Below are positions 8,781-17,600 of a DNA stretch of 64,000 nt, in pieces. The stretch is taken from positions 110,918,001 through 110,982,000 of the forward strand of contig CM097886.1 of assembly GCA_044892525.1 (NCBI GenBank), given 5' to 3'. A model generated the notes under the pieces. The model made no database searches and was not told the origin of the DNA. It saw only the letters and a program-made list of their open reading frames with translations. Each line of letters begins with the position of its first letter. Within the stretch, counting starts at the first letter, position 1. The translations under genes were made by a program, and so were the position numbers. This DNA comes from Schmidtea polychroa (taxonomy: Eukaryota).

Positions 8781-9586
8781 CTAAAACAAACTTTTCCATA
8801 TTTCAGCTTCTTCTCTATCCAAATAAATATAATTATATTTTTCTTTCCAATGATTATCAACAAACATATCAAACATATTCTTATCAGGTTCAACATTTGA
8901 AAATAAATCATTATAAATCATATTCTTATCACGGCGATCTAATTTAAAAAATATAAAACAATTGGAATTATTTCTTATTGAATTTTTATCTAAAGCATAA
9001 TATGTTTGAGATATATAAATAACATTACAATTATTATGTCGACCTCGTGTAAAGTAACTCTTTTGAATCTCTTGATTTTCATATTAACAACATCATCAAA
9101 TATAACTAGATTCTTTTTATCTTTAGGAAGTAAATCACAATGTAAAACATCTTCAGGTTTATTAGAGAATAAAACTTGAATTGCCTCCTGCCCTTCTTCA
9201 CAAATATAATCATTTTTATTACTAATATCTGATTCTAAAATCTTTTCCTTATACCAATCAACCATATCAAAAGGTTGAAAAACTTCTTCAGGACACCTAT
9301 GTTGATTTTTAAAAATATCAATTATTGCTTTTTTAGTTAATTTATTTTCAAATCCACATTTCAAAAGTTGTAATTCTGGTTGATTTATGGTTGTAGAATA
9401 AAAGATTAAATTATTATAATCTAAAAAATCATCTTCAAGTAACATTCTCAAAACAAGTACATTCTTTCCACATCCAGAAGAACCAACAATTAATAATCTA
9501 AAATTATCAGGAAATACTTTATTATTAAATTTACTCTTATGTCTATTTAAAATTGGTTTCCAAATTATTGGACTTCGTACATCCAT
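8781..9586 (-). CDS. A32/FtsK-like packaging ATPase with a 1-nt frameshift at ~9076-9079
   Basis: Walker A GSSGCGK and Walker B LVIFDD. Adding one A to ATGAAAATC restores NQEIQKSYFTRGRHNNCNVIYISQTYY..IRNNSNCFIFF to TAG at 8781-8783. Likely start ATG at 9586 (CAAAATG), not the TTG at 9625. Confidence 0.9.
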
Positions 9587-9601
9587 TTTGTTTATTATAA
9601 A

Positions 9602-10180
9602 ATGACAACTGAAGAATCTTTGCAAGAATTAATAAATTCAAATAAAAATAAATCAGTAGTAATTGATGGTAAAAAATATTTTATTGGAAAACATGTAAAA
9701 GAACAAGTTAGAGCGAAGATCCACGAAGCTAAAGAAGGTGGCATTCTTCCATTAGCTGCTTTAATACCTGCAATCATTGCTGGTTTATCAGGTGCTGCTG
9801 GAATAGCTGGAGGAATTGCAACTACAGTTCAAAAAGATAAAGAATCTCAAAAGACAGACCTAGAAAAAGAAAAACTACAAACTGAAATCGATTCAATGAA
9901 GAAGGTAGGGCAAGCTAAAGGGGGAGTGTCCGTTGGAAAGGGTCTCTATCTTAATCCATATGAGGGGAGTCGGCAAAAGTCTCAGGGCAAAGGTCTCTAT
10001 CTTGATCCTTATAAAGGTAGAGGTTTAAATGATTTTTTAAAAAATCAAATTTCTACATCTGAATCTTTATCTTCAAAAGATAAAGAAGATTTAAAAAAAA
10101 TATGTAAATCTTTAAAGAATGGATGCCTTTGTAAAACTAAAAATGGTAAAGGATTATACTTGAAGCCCTTCGAACTATGA
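9602..10180 (+). CDS. Adenovirus pX-like core / membrane-active precursor protein, 192 aa
   Basis: KEGG-ILPLAALIPAIIAGLSGAAGIAGGIA resembles the adenoviral pX C-terminus (GG-ILPLLIPLIAAAIG); three GKGLYLxP(Y/F) repeats. Confidence 0.65.
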   Translation: MTTEESLQELINSNKNKSVVIDGKKYFIGKHVKEQVRAKIHEAKEGGILPLAALIPAIIAGLSGAAGIAGGIATTVQKDKESQKTDLEKEKLQTEIDSMKKVGQAKGGVSVGKGLYLNPYEGSRQKSQGKGLYLDPYKGRGLNDFLKNQISTSESLSSKDKEDLKKICKSLKNGCLCKTKNGKGLYLKPFEL

Positions 10181-10202
10181 TACCATTTTTGATACCATTA
10201 AA

Positions 10203-11084
10203 ATGGTATATGAAGAAAGATTAGCACTTTTAAAAAAATTACAATCAGAACAAGATAAATATAATAAAAAAGATACAACTCAACATGCTGAATCTATAAT
10301 ATTAAATGAGGTAATAACACAACAACAGGGGCCAACAATTAAAGCTATAAAAGAGTTGGAAGATTTCAATGAGCAAGCAAAATTTAAAGAGTTAGAAGAT
10401 AAAAAACAAAAAATAAAAGAACTAGAGTGGCAGGATAAAGAAAAAGAATCCAGTAAAAACCATCCTGAAAGAAATCAAAGAAAACGCAGAAGAATTTCTA
10501 ATGTGGAAGAAGAAGAAATGTTTTTAAAAACAAAACCTCTTAAAGTTGATCCTAAAATTAGAGATGATTTACCTCCTTCAATTAGACCCACATTTAATAC
10601 TAATACTGAAGGATATCAAATAATAACAATTAATAAACAAAACTTTACTTTATATTCAAATTCAGAAAATAAATCACGTATTCATTCACAAAATGTTTAT
10701 AATAATGAATATTTAGACTTTGAATTTACAGATGATTTTTATAGATTACTTTGTGGATATTCTTCAGATGATGTTGAAGAAATTAAAAAATATTTAAATT
10801 TAATAAGATTAATAAGAGCTAGTTCTAAAGCAAAATATATTCAAGATTTAAAGAATTATTTAAATAAAAATGAAAAGGGTTATGTTGTTACAGAGGGAGA
10901 GGGATTAATTAGTGAAGGTGGTAAACCAAATCCCATCAATCTTTTTATTGAATTAAGAAAACTATTAGCTGCAAGGAAAGCAGGACATAATAATTTAGAT
11001 TCTGATATTTTAAAGATTTCTAAAGATTTGTTAAAACAAGGAATAATTTCAAAAGATAAATTTAATAAGTATACGAAGTTATAA
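10203..11084 (+). CDS. Conserved Polinton protein of unknown function, 293 aa
   Basis: Intact ORF with TAAAATG start. C-terminal GEGL...ELRKLLAARKAGHNN...I..ISKDLLKQGII matches a motif I recall in Polinton ORFs. Confidence 0.7.
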   Translation: MVYEERLALLKKLQSEQDKYNKKDTTQHAESIILNEVITQQQGPTIKAIKELEDFNEQAKFKELEDKKQKIKELEWQDKEKESSKNHPERNQRKRRRISNVEEEEMFLKTKPLKVDPKIRDDLPPSIRPTFNTNTEGYQIITINKQNFTLYSNSENKSRIHSQNVYNNEYLDFEFTDDFYRLLCGYSSDDVEEIKKYLNLIRLIRASSKAKYIQDLKNYLNKNEKGYVVTEGEGLISEGGKPNPINLFIELRKLLAARKAGHNNLDSDILKISKDLLKQGIISKDKFNKYTKL

Positions 11085-11106
11085 ATACGAAGTTTTAAAA
11101 TACAAA

Positions 11107-11511
11107 ATGACTCCTTCAATATTAGATTTTTTAAAAACATTTGGAATAAATGCAAAAACAAATTTTGATTTAAAAGATTATGCAAATTATTTAAATTTAA
11201 AAATTAAAATATTAATGAATGATGAATTATCAAGTCTGGAGAGTCCCCTGAATATAATAATCAATTATCAAAATTCAAATGAAAAAGGATCTCATTGGGT
11301 TTGTATATATAAGAAATCTATCTACTTTGATTCTTTTGGGATTAAACCTACTAAAGAAGTTGAAGATTATCTCTTGAGGGGTTCTCCGATTGATTCCCCA
11401 AATGGTTATACTTTTAACTCTTTACAAGTTCAACCTTTGAATACTAAAATATGTGGTATTTTAAGTTTATATGTTTTGTATAGATTGAAAGGGGCATACG
11501 CAGGATTTTGA
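11107..11511 (+). CDS. Adenain-like cysteine protease (maturation protease)
   Basis: GSHWV, YFDSFG, QVQ and CGILSLY give the His/Asp/Gln/Cys catalytic set. The C-terminus may be frameshifted at GGGG 11491-11494. Confidence 0.92.
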   Translation: MTPSILDFLKTFGINAKTNFDLKDYANYLNLKIKILMNDELSSLESPLNIIINYQNSNEKGSHWVCIYKKSIYFDSFGIKPTKEVEDYLLRGSPIDSPNGYTFNSLQVQPLNTKICGILSLYVLYRLKGAYAGF

Positions 11512-11605
11512 ATCTATAATTCAAGAAATTTATAATGATCTAGAATCTCTACTATAAGGATTTTTACTATAAGGATTTTTACTATATGAATTTACTACTA
11601 AAGAA

Positions 11606-12370
11606 ATGGAGCTTCACAACCCTCCGGAAGATAATTTTAAAAAAATGGTAAACATAATGTCAGATAAATATTCAAGAACTTTATCTATAAATTCAAAAGA
11701 ATCAGACTTTACTATAAACTTTCAAGATTCAATTAAATTAGATCAAAATTTAAATTATGAATTGGGGCTATTATGGTTTTGTGCTTATAATACTATTTTT
11801 AATATAACTAAAGATAATAATAAATTTACTATTCAAACTCGTGATGGGCATAAACCAGAAATTATAACAATAGAACCTGGGGCATATGAGATAAAAGATT
11901 TAAATGATATACTTTCTAAAAAAACAAATGAAGGTATTAAAATTAAAATGGATATACCAACTTCAAAATGTGTAATGACTTTGAAGAATATAAAAATTAG
12001 TTTTTTAGATAATTGTTTCTTTCACACAGTTTTAGGATTTAAACCTATGGATATAACAATAAAAGAAGATAAAATAATAACATCAGAACATATTATAAAA
12101 ATAATAAATACAAACACAATAAATATTCATTGCGATTGTATAACAGGTTCTTATAATAATGGTAAACAAACAAATGTTTTATATTCCTTTCCCTCAAACA
12201 CAGTTCCTATGGGATATAAAATAGTTGAAAGAATGAATCCTCCAAATTATTTACCTTTATGTAGAAAATTTATAATGGATATTAATTTTAAAATTCTTAA
12301 TCAAGAAGGAGAATTGATTGATTTTAATGGAGAAGAGATTTCAATGTATTTACATTTGAAACAGGTTTGA
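11606..12370 (+). CDS. Minor capsid protein (penton, single jelly-roll), 254 aa
   Basis: Polinton penton motifs YNTIFNIT..NNKF, G.YEI.DL, VLGF, INIHCD.I.GSY.NG...VLYSF, P.YLPL, Q.G.LIDFNGE.I...LHL. Confidence 0.9.
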   Translation: MELHNPPEDNFKKMVNIMSDKYSRTLSINSKESDFTINFQDSIKLDQNLNYELGLLWFCAYNTIFNITKDNNKFTIQTRDGHKPEIITIEPGAYEIKDLNDILSKKTNEGIKIKMDIPTSKCVMTLKNIKISFLDNCFFHTVLGFKPMDITIKEDKIITSEHIIKIINTNTINIHCDCITGSYNNGKQTNVLYSFPSNTVPMGYKIVERMNPPNYLPLCRKFIMDINFKILNQEGELIDFNGEEISMYLHLKQV

Positions 12371-12394
12371 AGATTCATTTTAAATTATTAATAA

Positions 12395-13405
12395 ATGAGT
12401 TCTTATATTCCATGTAATAGAGGTGGTGGAACAATAAAAACAGGGTTTAATACAGAAGAAATATTAACTTTAACAGAAAATAAATATATTAATGAAATAG
12501 GTGATTCAATGAAGGGTGATTTAATTTTAAATGGACACAAGATAAAAGAATTATCTTTTCCAACTGATGAAGCTGATGCAGTTAATAAGAAATATGTAGA
12601 TGGTGTTAAAAAATATACTGATTTAACAACAACAAGAATTGAAAGTTCATTAACAACAAAAATTGATTCAATGGAATCAAAGCTTAATAATATCGAACAA
12701 CGATTTAATGATAAATTTGACAAGTTACAAAGTCTGTTAACTGAACAAGTTGTAAAGTTAAATACTGCTATATTAAATTCTAAAGATAAACAAATTATGA
12801 ATACTAAATTTAATACAATATATAAAATAATAAATGAGATGATTACATCATTTAATAAAAGAATTTCAAATTTAGAGTCTCATGGAACACACATTAACAC
12901 CACACATAGTATTAGAAAAAGAGCTGCTGAATTAGAACAGAATAAAACATTATTACCCCATACATATAAACATTTTATAGAACCAAGTTTAATAACAACA
13001 AACAGTAAAGAATGGGGTGTTTTTATGGTTGTAAAAATTATTGATCCTTATTTCTTTTTGTTTGATGATGATAATGAAAGAATGAAATGGTTTGTGAAAT
13101 GTGATTATAATAGTATGCTTGAAAAGGGTGATGTTATAATGACTAGTTATGATTTACCACACGGAGATTGGTATGTTAATACTCATTCACATGGACTACA
13201 TAAAGTTAAAAGTAAGAATATTCATTTTTCTAGTTCACTTGTACAATATATAGATTTAATATTTTATGAAAAAAAGGTTGATGTTGATGAAGTTCGTAAA
13301 GCATTGAGAGAATTGTATAAAGATATCCTCTCAACAAGAGTTTCTTTTGATATCCGAGTATTGGTGCCAGATGGTGCTCAGAAGAATAAAGTCTTATTTT
13401 TTTAA
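12395..13405 (+). CDS. Putative fiber / receptor-binding protein, 336 aa
   Basis: GDSMKGDLILNGHKIKEL..P....DAVNKKYVD tail-fiber-type motif, then a long coiled coil and a beta-rich C-terminus; lies directly after the penton gene. Confidence 0.55.
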   Translation: MSSYIPCNRGGGTIKTGFNTEEILTLTENKYINEIGDSMKGDLILNGHKIKELSFPTDEADAVNKKYVDGVKKYTDLTTTRIESSLTTKIDSMESKLNNIEQRFNDKFDKLQSLLTEQVVKLNTAILNSKDKQIMNTKFNTIYKIINEMITSFNKRISNLESHGTHINTTHSIRKRAAELEQNKTLLPHTYKHFIEPSLITTNSKEWGVFMVVKIIDPYFFLFDDDNERMKWFVKCDYNSMLEKGDVIMTSYDLPHGDWYVNTHSHGLHKVKSKNIHFSSSLVQYIDLIFYEKKVDVDEVRKALRELYKDILSTRVSFDIRVLVPDGAQKNKVLFF

Positions 13406-13413
13406 TTATTAAA

Positions 13414-14025
13414 ATGGAAGAAGTAAGAGAAGAAAAAATTTACCCAGAATTGAGATCATCAGGATATTATTCCGAAGGTCACAAAGGTTCCAAGGCCTCG
13501 GCTCCCACAGAACTTGAAATTATGAGAGTAAAAGAATTTAAATCAGAAACCTTACATATAAAAGATTTATTAAAGCATTATAAAAAAATTAAAAATAGAT
13601 GGAATAAAGGGAATACAGTTTTAAAAGTTATAGGTTATTCTTTAGGATTTGCATCTGCAATATTAACAGTTATTTTACCCATAACTTTACCAGTTGTTAC
13701 TCTTGCACCTGTAATACTTGGAAGTATTTCTGTGGCTGATGGTTTCTTAACTGAAATAGTTTCATTATCTTATACTTCTAAAAAGAAAAGTTTATATAGA
13801 GAAGTTTGTTTATCAATAGAATTAGGAATCTCTAAATTATTTTTATTTCAATTAAAAGCTTTGGAAGATGGAATCCTGACAGACGAAGAAATAATGAAAT
13901 CAAATCAAATAATACAAGATATAAAGAATGAGGTTATAAGATTAAAAAGGGAGGGCATGGTGGCTAATGTTATAAGTAATAAAAAAACATCTCGAGAAAA
14001 ATGGTTAAAGAATTCTTACTTATAA
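13414..14025 (+). CDS. Polinton membrane protein (two hydrophobic helices), 203 aa
   Basis: IYPEL...SAP N-terminus, hydrophobic VIGYSLGFASAILTVILPITLPVVTLAPVILGSISV, and an LEDG.L..EE motif; intact ORF. Confidence 0.7.
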   Translation: MEEVREEKIYPELRSSGYYSEGHKGSKASAPTELEIMRVKEFKSETLHIKDLLKHYKKIKNRWNKGNTVLKVIGYSLGFASAILTVILPITLPVVTLAPVILGSISVADGFLTEIVSLSYTSKKKSLYREVCLSIELGISKLFLFQLKALEDGILTDEEIMKSNQIIQDIKNEVIRLKREGMVANVISNKKTSREKWLKNSYL

Positions 14026-14103
14026 AATGGGTGTATTTTTAAAAAAGTAGATCAGGTTGCTATAGTTGCTTAAATTAATTGTCGACATTTTATTATTAAA
14101 AAA

Positions 14104-14658
14104 TTAAATATCGTTGAAAGCCAACCTATGAATCATTAATTTATGATATTTAAATTCTTTATCACTTAGACCTTTTATATATTCAGGATCAGTATTAAAA
14201 TATTTAAGTTCTAAACATATAGGATTAAAAACTTGAGAATATAAAGGTTTCTCGATTTCTCTCTGGGGATAAATAATTTCAACATTATAAATATCAAGAT
14301 CAGTAATCTTTGTATCATATAACTTCTTCAACTTTTCTAGATTTTTTATTATAGGGATTAAATTATTTCCAATAGGTAGAGTTGTCTTTAAATCACTTAG
14401 TATGAATCTCTTATCATCATAATTTGATAATGATACTTTTTGAGATTCTATCAAGTGAATATCATGGTTTTCACTTTTAAGTTGATGTATTTCATCAATT
14501 TTATCTTTATGATTTGGGTTTAATGTATCTATATAATCTTGATGAGAAAGATTCTTTGCAACCACTCTCTGTATTCCTTTACATCTGTTATCCTTTAAAT
14601 TAGTAATATTTTTTATAATTTCAAAAATGTTATTTTCTTGATTTTTAGTTTCCATCAT
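14104..14658 (-). CDS. Stand-alone paralog of the pPolB C-terminal domain, 184 aa
   Basis: Aligns without gaps to the PolB tail from KGIQ through HKLM (about 60% identity by hand over ~150 aa). Has its own TAAAATG start and no catalytic motifs. Confidence 0.85.
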   Translation of the reverse strand: MMETKNQENNIFEIIKNITNLKDNRCKGIQRVVAKNLSHQDYIDTLNPNHKDKIDEIHQLKSENHDIHLIESQKVSLSNYDDKRFILSDLKTTLPIGNNLIPIIKNLEKLKKLYDTKITDLDIYNVEIIYPQREIEKPLYSQVFNPICLELKYFNTDPEYIKGLSDKEFKYHKLMIHRLAFNDI

Positions 14659-14682
14659 TTTATAGTGTTAAAATTCTAATTC

Positions 14683-17600
14683 TTAGAGCAGTCGTAATTG
14701 ATTTATAATTATTTCTGCAGTAATGCTTTTTAACATTAATTTATGTGATTTAAAGTCTTCTGGTGTTAGTCCTTGGATATATTCAGGATCAGTATTAAAA
14801 TATTTAAGTTCTATAGGTTTTATATTTTGAACTTGATTATATAAAGGTTTAGGAATTAATATTTCAGGATATTGGATTTCTACTTTAGCAAGTTGAAGGT
14901 CTGTAATCTCTAGGTTATAAATTTCATTTATTTTATCAAGATTTTTTATTATAGGGATTAAATCATTTCCAATAGGTAATGTTGTCTTCAAGTCAGAAAG
15001 TATAAATCTTTTATCATCATAATTTGTTATAGCAATCTTGTTACACTCTTCAAGATATATATTATGTTTCTCTGATTTAAGATGATGGGTTTTAGCAATT
15101 TTATTTTTATAATTTATATTTAATGAATCTTTATACTCTTGATGTGTGAAGGTTTTTGACACTGATTTTTGAATTCCTTTACTTTTATTTTCTTTATAGC
15201 TTTTCGGGTTTTCAGGGAATGAAGGATATTCAAATGTTCGATCTACTTCAACAGATCCTTCTATTATAAATTTTATTGTATGCTCTTTCATAATTGGTTT
15301 GTCTTTCATTTCAAGAGAATATTGTTTAGGTCTAATAAACACTCCTCCAGTTATTGGAGTATTTGGTTTTTCATCTTTAAAAGTAAACAACTCTCCAGAA
15401 TTGTTTATTAATTTATTTAAGGTTGGATCTTCACGTATTTCTTTTTTGAAATCTTTGCTATATCCTTTTAAAAACATACTATCAGTGTCCATTGCATGCA
15501 TGGATATTCGATCTCCAAAATGTGGTACTAGAACATCATAGTAAGCTTCATACATTTGAAGCTTTGAAAGTTCTAAAATTGAAAACCCTATAAAGATTGG
15601 TTTATTATAAGTTTTTACAGAGTTTTTAATCTCTATGGCTATAAGGTTACTAGAGAATATCTCGGCATTTTTAAATGTGGGCTTTCCAATTATCCAGTTG
15701 TACCTATTAAGGTCTTTGGATGTATTGGTCAAAAGCTCTACACGTGTGTACTTGTCTATATTCTCCATGGTCTTTCCAAAGACCGCATTGTTCAGGAGTT
15801 TGTAAATCATATCAAGAAATGCATTTCCAGCTCTCTTTGCTGCATTTCTTTTCAAAATATTTCCCTCTATGAATTTTTTCATAAAAGGGGCTTGTCGAAA
15901 TTTAATAATGGAATGTACTTTTTTTAAAACCATTCCATGGGAGAGATAAAACTGAAGGAGTCTATAATGACAAAGGTAATCAGTTTTATCCGTCTGATCG
16001 CATAAAAGTTTTATACAGGGCGATCTATCCTGAGCCATCTGCCAGTCTGAAAGTTCTTCAGTCGAGATCTTTCTTCTTACTGGAGCAAATGGAAAGAATC
16101 TTGTCCTGGATTTTATTTCATTGGGATATTCAAGATCACATTCTATGACATATCCATATTGTGAATTCTTTGGTGTTTTTAGAATTTCTTGTATTAATTC
16201 CTCAGTGGGCTCTTCCCAGGTGAACTTGCCAATTGGAAGGTATTGAGTCATTACTCCTCCATATAAAGCTGTTGCATCTATATACATTATTTCAGAAGGA
16301 TTAGAAAGACCTTCCAGTATTTCCTCACGATCTTCTGGGTTTGTTATTTCTACATATAGAGCATCAGTATCTTTGAAAAATTTAGGATAAAGAGTTGTAA
16401 AATTATTAGCATTTATTTCTCTATTCCCTTGTACTGAAGAAATACCTCCTCTAATATTATGTTTATATACATTAAACATATCAAGGTCAACTAATAATTC
16501 AATGGTTTTATTTCTTTCTGCTATGTCTTCATCGGTCCATATGCTATATAATAATATATCCCAAGCTAGAGAGGGAGCGGTTATATAATTATAAGGTTTT
16601 AATTCAAAAGCTTTTGAAAATGTCTCGAAGTAATCAGCTAAGATATAAACATCTAAGGAAAGATACATGTCAGTATATTCTCCAAGGTTTCTACAGTTGA
16701 AAAGATTCCACATTTTAAGTGCACGGGAATATTCCTGATCAGAAATCCCTGATTGTGTTAAAACAGAAAAGAAATCTTCTTGAGCTGGGAGTAATTCATT
16801 ATATTTTTCAAAGGAGTCTATATAATCATATGGATAGATTCCTTTTGCTAGACAGGTATTATATTCCTCTAATGGAATATTGTTTTTTAATAACACATGT
16901 TCTTTTGTATATTTAAAATCCTCAGGGTTCATAGTTTTTGCAATGCCATCCAAAGACATCCCTAAGAAATTTAAGGAGTCCAAAAACTTAAAGCATCCAT
17001 ATTGAATGCTTTTATATTTTTCTTTTGTAAGTCCAATAACCTTGAAAGAGTTTTTAGCATTTGCAGCTAGATGTTTAATGAACAGGTGAATATCATAGCC
17101 AAAAAGATTGTGAAATATAAATGGTATGTGTGTTGGTTTTTTACAATTGAGATTACAATTTTTATGGGCCGCTCCTCTGTAATTATTTTCTATTTTAAAA
17201 TGATCATGGTCAGGAACCTTAAGTTCACTAGTTGACTCCTCATCCTCGAACTCTTGTTTGCACATCCAGCAGTGTGTTGCATTTTTATATTCTTCCTCTT
17301 GTTCTTCTGAAAAATTCATAGGAAAGTTGGATTTTAATATTATATATAATTCATGTTCTAGATTATTTAAAGTTTCAACAAAATGGTCTAGAGTCTCTTT
17401 GTCAGAAGTTCCCCTAAATGAATATTCTCTAGATTCTACAAGTTCTGGATAATTACTTTTGAAAAACATTTTATAAGCAGAGGGTAATTGTTTTGTTAGT
17501 TTTACAGTATTAGTTTTTGTTCGTCTTAGTTTTACATTTATAGCTTCAAAATCACAATAAACCACTCCCAATGCTTCTAATAGATTGGAATAGTTTTTAA

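Noticed and set aside
8271-17452. Antisense ORFs within Polinton genes (8271-8630, 9595-9777, 10880-11185, 12403-12723, 15299-15541, 16719-16916, 17258-17452)
   Set aside because: Shadow frames of real genes with no motifs.
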